Positions 1-13,393 of a DNA stretch of 64,000 nt are shown in pieces. The notes beneath the pieces are model-generated. The model was not told the origin of the DNA. It made no database searches and was given only the letters and a program-made list of their open reading frames with translations. Location of the stretch: positions 4,454,448 through 4,518,447 of the forward strand of contig BDGG01000002.1 in NCBI GenBank assembly GCA_001949185.1. Direction: 5' to 3'. Source of the DNA: Ramazzottius varieornatus. Taxonomy: Eukaryota; Animalia; Tardigrada. Numbering within the stretch: position 1 is the stretch's first letter; each line of letters opens with the position of its first letter. A program made the position numbers and the translations under genes.

Positions 1-1913
1 ATTGCGGCTAATCTGAACGGCGCCATCACGCTTGATGGTGAAGGCAAACTCGTCGTCCTTCTTTGGTCGGGTGGCTACGTCCTTGGCCACTATCCAATAT
101 TCTGGACGGTCAAGCAACGAGTCGGCATCATCAGGCAAATTACCCTGTTCAGACAACCACATGTATGGATACTTTAGTTTCTTCGGGCTTTCATTGATAT
201 TTGGAACTGCCTGCTGGCACGGACCTGACAGAGAGCAGTAGGTGAGCAAGTGGTTAAGCCGAACGCTAGTCCCCCGTCAAAGTCCCAGTCATTCTCGTCA
301 ATCCTGACGATCAAAGTCTGGTTGATCGGTATTGTATTAGGCAGGAATACATAACCGTTGTTAAACTCTCCCGGAGCGAGCCTCGCAGACCGGCCTTCCT
401 CGACCAGTCGGACATTGCGACCGGTCAGCTCCTTGTAGAACCGCACTGGACGGAGAGTCAGGCTGGAGAAGTGCGTCGAGCGGAAACGTGTGCTTTCTTT
501 ACGAGAGACTACAACGGCTGGCGAGCTTGAACTTTGCGTAGGAGCGGGAGAAAAAGTAGATGTCCGGGAGGCGGATTGAGCAGAAGCAGGAGTGGCCGCG
601 GGTGAGGTAAGGTCTTCTGCGCGGAGGAGTACTTGACGGTGTTTCAGGCCCATCAGAATGTTCCGACCGGGAGACGTCATAGTTGGACGACTTGTGAGGT
701 TGTTTAGAACTGCAGAGTCTGCGAAAGAATGAATTATTCAGTCGAGAAGTCGGGCGAAGAGAAACCCTGACCACACCACCTGCATACTCTACCCAAGAGC
801 TTGGGTGTACTTCAGTGTATGTACGTGGATAGTGTACTATAGTGCAGCGGAAGTATTCGTAGATGTGATGTATTAATAAAGCTTGCCAGCCCAAGGAAAG
901 TACTTATACCAAGAAGTTCAATAGCGACGGTTGTGCCGTATATGTCGAAGACGGCCCATATGGGCACGTTTCGTAGTGCCACGAAGGGGGACAGGTCGAA
1001 GGCAATGCCTTTACAGACACCGTTGACTCCAAACACGATAGTGCCGTTCTCCAGACACTGGAAATGTACGACTTTGTCGAGACCAGCACAGGACTCTGGC
1101 AATGGCTTCGCCCAAAAACCTAAAGCAAAACCAGTCAGCCTCCAGATAGGATCAGCACGTATCCCACCAACCACATAGAATGATCAGCTTTAATGATTGG
1201 AACATCTCACCTAGTCGACTGGTCAGATCTGGGCACAAATAGAGCGTAGAAGCAACATCGCCCACTTCGGCTGGGTTGTGCGTGGTCAGCCCAATTCTCA
1301 AGGCACCGCTCCACTGTTGCTGCTTGCTAGACTGCTCCTTTATCCGGAAACAAACCATCTCGTACAGCTCGAGAGGTCGACTGGAGAAAACGATTCCTGT
1401 GACATAGTCAAACAACATCAGAGTTCGCCATACGCATATATACATGAAAGTGGCGCATAGTCACAGCATACAATAATACGAAACGCGCGAGTCGATCGAG
1501 GCAGTGCAGCACTGGACATAGTACAGCATGCCATAAAGCTATGCCACGCCATACAGCCCCAAACAGTACAGATCACTCCGATCAACTCGCGCACCAGCCA
1601 ACAACGTACAGACAGCGCAGTGCGTTAGTTGAACAGGACGATACGAGACAATGCTGATCAAGTACCATATTCAATCAAATGAGTTACCTTTGCAGTAACT
1701 GCGCACTCGTCGAGCGACGGTTCCATCAGGGCTGATTTCCACATGTTCTCCATGTTGAGGATGAAACTGTAGCGGAGAAGCAGGGATCCGCGATGGGATG
1801 GAGAAGGCAGCCGAGGAAGAAAGAGAGTTTGGAACGGTGAAATCGGACTCTGCGGAGATAAAGGGATTTGTGCCACGACTGGCTTCTACTCCGGTGCTCT
1901 GGACGTTTCCCAT
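1..1913 (-). CDS. neur: Neuralized-family E3 ligase (NHR domains), 5' part; multi-exon, continues off the left edge
   Basis: ATG at 1913 gives MGNVQS (N-myristoylation-type start). Spliced NHR1: LQFHPQHGEHVEISPDGTVARRVRSYCKG|IVFSSRPL...WSGALRIGLTTHNP...YLCPDLT...FWAKPLPE...WAVFDIYGTT. NHR2: GRNVRL...FNNGYVF...GGLAFGLTTCSP...LPDDADSLLDRPEYW. The RING domain is expected outside the window. Confidence 0.85.
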
Positions 1914-2488
1914 TCGGCTTACTGCGAGAAAGAGGGCTGAGGACATTCAATGGACATCAGGCACGCGATTTTTTAAAATTATACAATCATGTTTACTTAC
2001 CGATCAATCAGAGTGGGCTGACGGCATCGGTGACAACATCGGTACTTTCCCGACTGTTGCAAACACTGTGAAGTAAAATTGCCCGAGAAGATCAAGGTCA
2101 ACTAACAGAGTGTGTCACAAAGCTGGAGCAAGGATGTCCGATCCGACAGAAGAGCAAAACTGGAGCAGATAGGGAAAAATATCCAGGAGTTCTAATTTTC
2201 AAAAGGATTTCGGATAATTTGATTTCAATCATTGAATCCAAAATCAGACTGATCAATCAACAAAGAACTTCATAAGTGCGGTTGATTGAGTTTCGCGAAT
2301 CAAATACTTATTGCATTGGCAGGTGGCGCTGTTGTTCTATTTTGAATTCCAAGCACTACTCGAGAGTTTACGAGTTGAAGTCGAAGAGTTAACTTGTCCT
2401 GGTACTCCTGGAATTAGTGCGACTCTAATATGGATAGGTAGGAGTAAAGATCCTGAACACCCATATGATGACCAAGAACTGTACTATA

Positions 2489-3489
2489 TGGGTTTTGTCA
2501 AATAAAAACCGGATTTTTCAAAGTTTTCCAAATTGTTCGGGAGACGCGTTTCTATATTTTGCGTTCAGGTGTCCAACTGAAGGTACTGGTGCTAATGATG
2601 AGTATTAAATTTTACATTAGATTACGTTTTACATTACACTCACACTTTACACGACATTACAACCACAGGGAAGTTGTGATGTAAATGTAAAATGTAATTA
2701 CAACTTTTACCTGCCAGAATATGCGGTATTTTTCAGTATTTTGCCGCCAGAAATCTAAATATGGCTGACTTACGCGGAAAAATGTCAGAAACTTCCTGAG
2801 TATGGTCATTTTGAAACCGTATTTTTATCTTTGTCTGGAAGACAATTACTAAGATCTATATTCTATGCAAACATAGACATAGCTGGTTCGTCGTTTTCGT
2901 CACTCCTTGTCACTTTTAAGCGCTACAAACCGCTCGGTCTGTAAAATGTCAACTAGTGTGAAATGTAATTACACTTTTACAATTACACTATTTTACATTA
3001 CACTTTACATTACACGGACCATCTGTGTGTAATGCTTATCATTAAATGGTGTAGGTGTGTAGGCAAGTTAGTGGCCTATCGAAATAACGTAACAGAAGTC
3101 CTGTACGACAACTAGTAAAAAAGTTATGGAAGGAAGAAAATTGCGGTCCAGTATTCTCCTGCTTCATAGACTTCACGCACGACCTCATCTGACACGCGAA
3201 GCATCTCGTAAGAGACGGGTAGGAACAGCTGTTTGCACTGGGTTGAACTGGACGCCAACAATGACGTCATACGTGAATTCTCTGATGTCGTATAAGGTAG
3301 GTGGAACTAACCATTGAAAAACTACCGCAGAGGTGGAAATCTTTGAGAATTCATTTCTTTAAATCTCATCATGTATTCTCGTGACAATTGGTACCATTTG
3401 AAAGCCCGAATTTTTCTCCACAACTCTACGTTAAAAGAGCAAGATTCGGAATTATCGCGAAAAATTCATTTTCTCTTTGACAAAACCCA
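2489..3489. mobile_element. Non-autonomous TIR element (14 bp perfect TIR TGGGTTTTGTCAAA) flanked by a 25 bp direct repeat
   Basis: tgggttttgtcaaa at 2489-2502 and tttgacaaaaccca at 3476-3489. tatgatgaccaagaa(c/g)tgtactata lies at 2464-2488 and 3490-3514. No transposase ORF. Confidence 0.65.
2595..3042. mobile_element. MITE-like element with TTACA/TGTAA subterminal arrays, nested in the 2489-3489 element
   Basis: Termini atgatgagtatta / taatgcttatcat (11/13 complementary), each flanked by TA. Dense ttaca(c/t) and tgtaa repeats at ~2610-2710 and ~2940-3030. Confidence 0.55.
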
Positions 3490-4454
3490 TATGATGACCA
3501 AGAAGTGTACTATAACTATAAAAGCGACACATTTTTGGGTTGCGGGTAATTATAAGGAATGCAAATTCCAGCTTTGACCGCGAACCAGCGTATCACATCG
3601 CACAACAGAAATATGGGTGTCCTCACCACGTCCTCTTGATTAGTGATGTTGGCGTATATGAATATTATATTAAATTAGAACTCATTAGATGCTTTTGGCA
3701 TATAATATATTATATTAAAATTTATTAGATGCCTCGAACGAGGCAGGATATCTATTAGTATTAAGTTAGATGGAAATCAGAGCCGAATATATTGTATTAA
3801 AATCAAATCGCAGGGCGCTCCATATCGAAATTGTTAAAATGCGGTTTCGGCTTCAGTTGATTGAAATAAGACTCGATTTGCGTCAAGCGAAAGCGTGCGA
3901 CTCTGCACAGTGCGCTGTTGGGTCGGATCATACCGCGTCACGCACCTGCATATCACCGTATATTGATCAGCGTTCAGGGCGATACACTGATTGTCAACTT
4001 CGTTTGATTGGATAGTGCAGGTTCATGAGTCCGGCGATCCAACTGCATATTCGCAATGCACATTGCTGGAGGCGATTCTGTTTGCTTTTCCAGGCTCTGT
4101 TTTGCGCTTTCGAACGCTCTGTGTCGAGTTCGTCGAATTTCGATCTATCTGTTGCTGGATCTGAAGATTTAGTTGAACGATAAAAATATGTAAGGAGGAA
4201 AGTTCCCTGGCTTCGGTAGCGCCACGGTGATGTTGAAACTGAGAAGGAAAGTTCCCTCGCTCTGTTCACACACGGATCAGAAATATTATAATATATTATA
4301 ATGAGCACCCGACGAAACAAATTGATATATTGACATCATACTAGATGCTCCGAGGTCGCGGCATATTGAATCAACTGAGGTTGTACAGGATTCGAAATTC
4401 TGTGCACCGATGTTAGGGAGAACATAAGCCGTGGATATCTGCACAGCATAATTC

Positions 4455-5304
4455 TTATACATATGCTGTGATGGCCTTATGTTTGACGAGCGAAATTGCT
4501 GCGAAAGCATTATTGTCACACTCTGGGTGGGCATGCATGATCCTTAGGGGCCGCTGCCCACTGTTATACAGCCATTTATCCGGCCGGAAGTCCTTTCTGT
4601 ACAATTCCAGTACACGTCCAGGGAACTCAGCTTTCGTCTGCAGACAGCCCAGAAAGCCAGGGTTCAGTTTATCATGAGCTTCGCCAGGGTTTTCGTGGTA
4701 CGACAGACAAGGTGTCGCTGAGAGCTTGTGGCGCAGTAATGCACCGTTGATTATGTACACGTCGAAGTCGAGTGACAGACCCCCGTGCTGTACACAGCTA
4801 ATTTTGCTATGTCAGCTTCATGGTGGAGATGCTTGATTTTCTTACCAGCTGTGGAATGTTGCAGTTTGGTAGGAATATAGCGAACGTTCGACCAGTCCTT
4901 GAGCTTGATCCATCGGTTGCACGACGCGTTGCCCCAGTGACCGTGGGAAGTTGGTAGGTTGGTATGGATAAAGATGGTAGCAGGTAGTAGGTTAACTAAA
5001 ACCGAAAGGATGCTCATGCAATTGAGGAAGTCAAGCTCGTTGAAGGTAACAACAAAAGACTCGAGGGGCGACACATCGCGAACCACGGGCTGGGAGTCGA
5101 TGGCTCGGTTCTCGGGTACTAGTCGGCTAGTACATAGTGAACAATCAAACCATCAAGTGAAGTAGTTTTGTCGTTAGTTTCACGATACGAGCGGAGTAGA
5201 AGTAGGAAGAGAAAACATGGCAGAAAACTTAGGGCTGAATATTTCTGACGGCAGTACTGTAATGCTTCTTGGATCTCACGCACGGACGTCATTATGCGCG
5301 CCAT
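4455..5304 (-). pseudogene. Intronless DxD glycosyltransferase (GT32/alpha-1,4-glycosyltransferase-like) with two frameshifts
   Basis: Three consecutive ORFs in different frames join into one family-typical protein: TM anchor (ALSFLPCFLFLLLL) and IVHYV; then FLNCMSILSV...TIFIHTN...HEADIAKLAV; then HGGLSLDFDVYII (DxD at 4761-4769)...LNPGFL...YRKDFRPDKWLYNSG. Frameshifts near 5125-5130 and 4794 are too short to be introns. Confidence 0.7.
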
Positions 5305-5376
5305 TTTTACGGGTATAGTGACTTATATAGTGCACGTGGTGTGATGTAGAAGCGTAAGATTCAAGAAGCATTACAG
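5257..5376. mobile_element. 120 bp hairpin MITE (CTGTA...TACAG termini, TA flanks)
   Basis: ctgtaatgcttcttggatctcacgc vs gcgtaagattcaagaagcattacag: 23/25 complementary. TA at 5255-56 and 5377-78. Confidence 0.7.
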
Positions 5377-5378
5377 TA

Positions 5379-5494
5379 CTGTATACTCTCCCGAAATTCA
5401 CGTACGTCACTCCATTCAGAGTGTAAAACTAGAGAAAGAGTTCTCATACGGTGACCATAACAGTGACGTACGTGAATTTCGGGAGAGCATACAG
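5379..5494. mobile_element. 116 bp hairpin MITE (CTGTA...TACAG termini, TA flanks)
   Basis: ctgtatactctcccgaaattcacgtacgtcact vs agtgacgtacgtgaatttcgggagagcatacag: 32/33 complementary. TA at 5377-78 and 5495-96. Confidence 0.8.
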
Positions 5495-8400
5495 TATCTG
5501 GAAGGTTGCTGCGCGGCTAGAACTCTCATCGTGAAACTGCCGCACGTGAAAAATTGTTTCTAATATATTCATTGTGCTAAGCGCATTCTAGGTCAATGAA
5601 CATATTTCAATATGTGTTAGACCGTTCTACTTACTCGAAAATCGACTCGAAATCATCTAATTGTTTTTCTTTTTGTTCTACCACTACACATAAGATGAGA
5701 CAATTCTGTTGCAACCTTGGAAAACCGTAACAGTGCAGCTATAAGAGGAAGGGAGTATCGATACTGCTGAGTTCCTCTGTAGTGCCTTCAATCAAAATAT
5801 AATCGAAATAAGTCTCGATATGCAAAACGACAATGTGACTTAAGGTAGTCGAGCGTGAAGAAGATAGCAAAAGTTCCTGATAAGACTGCTCACCACTTGG
5901 GGCTCAACGTTCAGGCCCGTTTCCACTTCCGCAGAGGGATCTTGAAAAAACATTTTTGTGCGTCGACCTTGCGTTATGCGCTCTGGTGATTTCCTTCGAC
6001 TGTTAATAAAAACCACAAGAAGCTAAAAGGATCAACTACAGACCGACGGCAGAAATCAATTTGCGGGATGCCCTCACGCTAATATAACCGATCCAGCATC
6101 GCGGCCTCGGAGAATCGCATTGAAATAATTGGATGAACCGACCATCTTGTAGAACCCTGGCGATTGAAAAAAGGAATGCTGGTGCGCCGAGAAGGATGTC
6201 CTAATCTACTCAATTCAGGAACACTAATCCAGCTAGTGCCAGAACTTCCGCTGATTAGTTCTTCCCGGAAGTGGCCACAAATCTAGAGGAAGAACAAGCA
6301 GAGCTCGCAAAGCATTGGTCATGAATTACTAGTATGTCATGACTTGAAATGCTGGTCTGTGACATGACCGTAGCCTACAAAGGGTTATGGCGGTGCTGTA
6401 TTTCGTAGAACTATCCAATCGCCACTTTGTACACCGCCTTCCGTCCATGCTGTTCTAGCGTTAGGAGTACCATCTCGTACGAGTAAGACGTACGTCGAAC
6501 CAATCATACAAGACAGCATGACGGCTCGAAGCGAAAAGAGTGCCAGTAAGCTGCGGCTAAATCGTCGTGGATAAGCCGATCTGCTATTGAGATTCCTCTT
6601 CTCTCGCTTGATTATGGTTCTGTGGAAGTTTTAGTCAAACTGTGCCACAACTATTTTCTTCTCGCAGCTTCACTCTGGGCCAGTGCATCACAGTTTAGTT
6701 TATCAGGATTCTGTGCGAGTGGGATTTGATCGATCATTTACACCAGCCGTCGCTCTTTCAGCTGTTTCTTTCCAGTGCGCTGTACACTCCAGCCAGTTAT
6801 GGAAACGAATGTCGGCGTGAGTCAGTAACCCGCTTCCTATTGTAGATCGGTCGGCGCTTAAAGAGATACTTCAAGTGGATAAAAAACCCCTGCACCAGGA
6901 TATGTCATGATACTGACAGAAGCCGATCTTTGCTGTTTAACAGTCAGCCGGAAATGAGTAGATTGCCATGACCGGAATACTGTAATTTATCGACAATTGC
7001 GCGGATCTCCACCAAAGAATAACATGGCCCACATTCGCCTATTTCTCTCGTGGATCATCGGAACAAATCTTTTTTTTGGAATTAAAGGAGCTGGTGAGTT
7101 CCAATATTGATACATGTTGCTCGTATAGTGACATTGGCTGTTCGAGAAAAGAATATACTGTATGTGGGGTGAAGGTATCACCGGTTGATCGGGGTTTTAT
7201 TACGGACTATCAAGATATATTTTGATCATTATATTGTAGCAAATGCAGTCGAGGCTTTCACGAGTTAGTTTTGGGCATGCGAAAGGATGAAAGGGGTTGC
7301 CCGCGAGCATGCACGTGTGCCGATGGGAATTGACAAAAACACCACGTTCCAATGTTTACGGACCACACATTCCTCAACTAGAAAAACGTGGCGCTGTTTT
7401 CGTGCTCCTGCCTCCATTAACGCGCTTCGCTGCCACTCGCTTATCGATAATTCACGAAATGGCTTGTTCTCGTTTCAGGATGGCGAGATCGCTAAACGAG
7501 GATGGAATCATCGTGTTAGGTTTCAGTTAAAAGGTGGAAATGCATTTACGTGAACACTCAAATGTGCGCAGTTCGGTCGGATGCATAGCTGACTTCCTTC
7601 CTCCCTCGCTTCGAGGCAGAAAGTGACATCTGCGTACAGAAATTATGCACGGTCGTTTTCATATGTTGCAGACTTGCGATTTGTCTTCAAGGAGGGTAAA
7701 AATGTGACTGAAGGAGAAGAAGAGAAAGAGGCATGAAAGCCTTCGCGGAAGTTTTCTGCTGGTCAAAACTGCACTCGAGATTGGCGTTAAGTAATTCCCT
7801 CCAGACAAGCTGACCAGGGCCATTGTCGGAGGTTACTCGCTGGCTGATTGCCGAGCATGCACGCGTATTGTTATCCCTCTCTTCGCTCTTATTTATGGCG
7901 GTGGTTCAACCAGCTTTCTGAGCTGTGAAGGAAGGAGCGAAAGGGGGGGGGGAGGAAAAGCAGTGGAGGGAGACTAGGTCGTAAAAGTTCGGGAATGATT
8001 GCTTGCACGTCTGTTCAGACTTCTTATGAGAGTCTTCTCAAATAGCTACTGTTGTTTTAAGACCAGAAATGCCGTGCAGAATATCTTTGCAGGCTGGAGG
8101 CGAAGTGGGCGGTTTATATCCCGGCTATAAAAACGGTCCCAACCAGGTCGTATTCTTACACGGCCAATTTTAAAACTGATATTTGTCTTTTTTGAGTGGT
8201 TTTACCACAATATTGACTCTGGGTAACGCCGCGTTATTTTAACCGGCTTATCACAACTGCGGTGGTGTTTGGGCTTTGATCGCGGTTTCCTAATACCAAT
8301 TTGATTAATGTCTGTATCTATCGGAAACCGCCGTGTATTTTTCGCAGGTGGGTTGCGATGCCTGCTTCGATAAAAAATAGAAATCAACGTACTCTATCAT

Positions 8401-9240
8401 TGTAAAAATATTACATCACCTGAAGAAACCAGTTGCAATTGCAGTAGAAAGTTAGCCGAAGACTCTCACAACATCGAGATCAACTGACACAGTCAGTCCC
8501 ATCGTAGCGGTAGTGTGCGTGAGTGAAGCTGGGTAACCTGTGTTACTGCCCAAGGGTCCCCGTATCAACCGGCGAATATGGACGCTTTTTCAAAAATTCG
8601 CGGGTGAAGTTTGATGCATTCGGGTTGTCGTCTCTGAATTTCTCGCGAGTACCTGTGGATGCCTTGCCGAAAGACCCAAGGAGACATGAGATGTGTAACG
8701 GATTTATAGTTCAAAAGGCTGTGATATTCTTCAAGAGTGAACTGTTGTTCTTGAGGAGACTGGTTTGACAAGGTGAAGCGAGCCATTTGTTCGGCATGGC
8801 ACTTGAGGGCTTGTGTGTACGGAATGTCACATGCGACGGTCAAAGCGTTACTTTACACAAGTTGATAAGTGTCCGGTTAGCCTTTACCAACCACATTTTC
8901 CAAAGCAAGCTTGACCACTACATACGCTTGAGTCTCGACAAAACACGACGGCGGTGTTTCTTTACCCATCAACGTCTTGACATTCTTCAAAAGCGTGCTG
9001 ATGGACAGCCGCCTCACAAGAGACGAAAATGCTACATTAAAGAAACTATGTTTTCCACAAGAAAAGCTGCCAGCGGCGTTTCCTGCCTCTGTTTCCTTCG
9101 AAGCATGCTAAAGTGTCGACGGTAACCGTTTGTCTTTGGCTGAACAAATTTTCCGGCTGATGGACGCTTTAATGACGAGTCCGCGAGGCAGATGAAAAGA
9201 TGGCAGAAGACTGCTTTGAAAATTTTAAAAGGTTTTGCAG

Positions 9241-9298
9241 AACTACCGAGCGAAGAGAGCAGTGTATTATGGTCTTCTGGGCTGCATGCTGGTATACG
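9241..9298 (+). CDS. Candidate signal-peptide exon of the DCC/frazzled gene
   Basis: ttttgcag acceptor, NYRAKRAVYYGLLGCMLVY (basic then hydrophobic), and a phase-1 donor (G|gtgcgt) compatible with the phase-1 acceptor at 14740. Unverified. Confidence 0.25.
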
Positions 9299-12200
9299 GT
9301 GCGTTAAGATACTGCCGTAACGTTAAGGTTGGTCATTCTTCACGGTTCCCCGCTGCGAACTTATACCGAAGCCGAGGCAAGGACATAATCGAAAATTTTA
9401 ATATGGTGATGCTTTGTGTAGAAAGCTGGTTTCATGCAGTTATTATCTATAATTTCACGCTTCTACGGAAATAGGTTTTCGGTTGGAACTCTCTTCGTCA
9501 GGAAGGATCTTTTCACTGTCTAGTTTTTCCAGGTGGCGCATTTGAGCGAGAATTGGAAGTGGCAACTTGATGATGCGATAAATCGATTTTTCTGTCGTAG
9601 ACTGTCAGTTACTGAAGCATGCGGAGCCTGACAGGTGGAAAAAGATGGGTCTTTGTGGAGGACCAAACGTAGAGGGAGAGTGAGGCCAAGTGCCAGTCAT
9701 TGAGGATATGTTTGCAGGTGGAGAGCTTCTGTTGGGATTTCCTGCTTTCACGTCCCTTTGTGTTCTTTGGTCCTTTTACGTCAGGATTTGCACACCGGGA
9801 TACTTTGCAGATAACGAGATAAACAGCTAAATATGCCCTGTGCGTGCAAACGAAAAAAGTCAGATACATGACAGCTTTCATTTTCCGACATAAATCAAAT
9901 AAGGTATGTGCTGAAAATATCAATGAAAGCCGATCAGTTAACAGACTTTCTATCGGTGCAGAATATTCGAATGACTATTTTGTTCAGTGTTGAGACTGAA
10001 TGATAGGATGAATTTTATTTTCTGAATAATTTCACACGCAACCCGCAAGAGTCATGAATGAGTCAAGGAAGATCCCAACGATTTTATCCTGGTGTGTGCA
10101 TGATTTGTAAAATGTCTGGTCGATTCTTTTATGAGAGTATCCGACGATTTGTCCTGCTTCCTGCAAAGTCCACCGGTCAATTTGCTCGACATGCCATAAC
10201 GCACTTTCCGTGTACTGGGAATATGGTTCTGTTTGTTTGCCTTGGACATACCACACATCTTGAGAGTCAGCACGCTTTAAATGGGAATTTGAGGGGAACA
10301 AGTGCACAAGCACTGACTACTGTGTCAGGCTTTACATTGTAAAGTCGAAATTGACAACTTGGCCTGATTGAGGTTTACACTTCCACCTAGACACATTCAT
10401 GTCAGCGATCTCGGGAAACCTCTCCATCATTCCAGGACGTTGTGTGAGTCGACGGATCGTACGGTGCATTTTTCGAGCGCAGAAGAAAGGGTCGAAGTCA
10501 TTGAGGTGGAACAGACGGGTCTCAAGTCACCGAGAGAGCAGCTGTGAGCATTTGGACTGTTGGCCCGAGGAACGAGAAAGCTGCCGGCCATAATTTTGTA
10601 GAAAGTGTGGGTCATCGGGACCATAAATGTGTAATTGATGGATATGTGCACGTTGCAGCCTAATGGCGTTTGTCCAACAATCGAGCAATTTGCTGGGAGT
10701 CTAATGGGCGAAGCTGGCCTCAGCTCAAATTTCTTCGATAAATAACCCCTATATGGGAATTTCACTTTACAACGCTCAATTTATGATATCCTGTAAGCTG
10801 ACCTTGCCATATCAGCAGGTATTGTAATTGGGTGCGTAAAGACGGGGACAAGGAAGGCAAAAGCGTGACAGATGGTCACACAATTTCCTGTCCCGCCGTT
10901 TGATGAACGAATTTCGCCGATATTGTGCAGAAAGTATTCAAAGGCCTTTTAGCCACTCTCGTTCTATTCACTAAATGACGCAATCGTAATATTTCTACAC
11001 TGTATAGAGAGTTGAACTTGCACGGTCCAGTGTTGACCATGTCACAAGATCCCGATCACATGGCGCGGTTCGTCATAGCCGTACAAGTGTGGTGCGAACT
11101 GTATGCTTGGTTCCCACCGACTGCTCCTACATTCAAACGGACTTGCATCCGCCGGTACGAAGAGGCTTGTTCAAACTATCTGGAGTGTCCATTACGAGAT
11201 AAGTTTGGCAATCTGCTTACAAGTAACGGCTTTAGTAATCAAGCTTGACATAGTAGAGACCACTACAGGGCTACTGATGACCGTGCATATTAATTATCAA
11301 AACAGTGCAATGAGCGTGGTGGTCATTATCTTCCCAGCAGGCTCATGTGGCAAAACGGGTTAATAAGTGATCCAGTGGTCACTGTGCCTCGTCTTACACT
11401 TTGTAGCGGACCAGAGAGGTTCGAGCTTTAAAGCATACACACACTGCATTAACCCCGCGTCCAGTCGGCAGCTTACTCCTGCCGGTCGAACATGTGGATT
11501 TCAACGATCGAATTTCACCAGAAGAAATACACGAAACATTGCAACTTATCCGCACACTTTGCACATGTCCGTAACAGCTGGGACATTGACCATGCTGCTT
11601 TTACGGATGCAGGCCAACAGTACGTGCCGAGTCCTGAGAATAGGGAATTTCGCATGTCTCCAGTCAACGATTATGCGGGGCTAATGATAACTGCGAGCAT
11701 GCTTTTGGGTTGGGATGGAGGATCTGCTCGCAAAACCCCAGAAATCGTCTTGCTCGAAGCTCTGTCAAAGCTGGTAGGACTTCGAACACAACTCAGATCA
11801 ACCGGCGCGGTGCCATTTTTGTTTTAGAATTTTTATCACGTTTCACACTGGTGCGCAAATGAAACGGGGTAGGATGTTTTTACCAAGCAGCTACAGCAGA
11901 TGGTGTACTGTAATCGGCTGAAGATTAGTATCGCAAGTTGCTTCAAGCAACCATAAAGCGTCTTGTGATCAGAGTTGCGATGGAAGGAAGAAATCCAGCT
12001 TTGATGGTGAATGTGTTTTCACAATTCCGGTTAACTTATCAGATTGCTTTGTGATGCGATGTTTGGTTGTCATCTAAACAGTCTTAACGACTTTTGTAAA
12101 GAATGGACCAAGACGCAAATTGACTTTTTAAGTGCGCTAAAAGCTTTTTTTGGGGTCGATCGTATCCTGTGCAAAATAAGGCAGTCCTTTGAGACGCAGG

Positions 12201-13393
12201 CGGCAAAATATGGCTGCTTTCTTTCATGGCCGGAATTTATACAGTCCACACTGGCGCCTAAACAGTGGAAACATTGGCAAAGAGGACAACTGTCATGTCT
12301 CTGGATGTGAGTCAACCCGAGATGTCATACTTATCCCAAATGTAATTACTGGTGGCTTCGGACGAACTGTCAAAACTCAAAAACAAACTGTTGACCATGC
12401 CGTGCCTGGTACACATCACCAAGATCGAAACATGGAAGATCGAAGCGGAGGCCTCTCGAGTTGAACAAGGGACTCTCACGAGCTCTTCAGGGTTCGCCGC
12501 TGGCAGTCAGCTTTTTCTGTGCTACACACCAACCTTTTATCCGCGTTCAGGAAGAGGGTCCTCAGCGGTCATATGAAAGAAGCGAAAGAAAAAGTATTGC
12601 AGATACTCTTGAGTTCCCGAAGTACGCCAGTTCAAAACCCCGTTGATGACTACATGCGCATGTAGGTATGTCTCATTTGTGTGGCAGAAGGATTCCCGCG
12701 GGGGTGCATGGAAAAATTCAAGGCAAAGCACTAGAAGAGGGATGCTGTACAAACTTCCGCTGTTGACTGGTGCAAAATGATCGAGTTCATTATGTTCGTA
12801 TTTTTCGTTTGGTGGATAATCAAGTTTGCTCAAGTGCTGTGGACCAAGAGCAGATTCGTTCCTGTCCTTTCCTTCCTTTTGCGTCACCACATTGACCACT
12901 TTGCTTTCCAGCGTGGCATATTACACCGCAACAGTGGGGAGCAGCAGGAGATGTGATTACTTAGTATCCATCACGTTAACGATGACCCTTTTCTGGACGA
13001 TATGTAAGCTGGCAAAGGTCGTCAAGTGTGGTGGACGATGGCCGATTGAATATTTACATAGTGTCTCAACTGTCCACAACTCGGCCCATATGGACAATGT
13101 GAGTCCAGGCCTTGGCTTGACGGAAACGCCAGTGCGATATTGGATTGCACTTGAGTCTGCTTTGCATCTTTGTAATTAGCGGTTGTGGTGCAGTTTGCGA
13201 TGTTAACCAAATTAACTGACCGGCACCCATCATCATGCAGGCTTCACCACGTTCCCCATTCAGACCTTCGCATATTGAATCGATAAGGAATTAGGCAGAA
13301 CGATGCATATGAAACGATGGTGGCTACACCCTGTTATCATCATCAGTATATCCTGAAAATATACATCTCAAATTAGGTTGGGATGAATATACT

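Noticed and set aside
12650-12665. Perfect 16 bp palindrome ctacatgcgcatgtag
   Set aside because: About one such palindrome is expected by chance in 64 kb.
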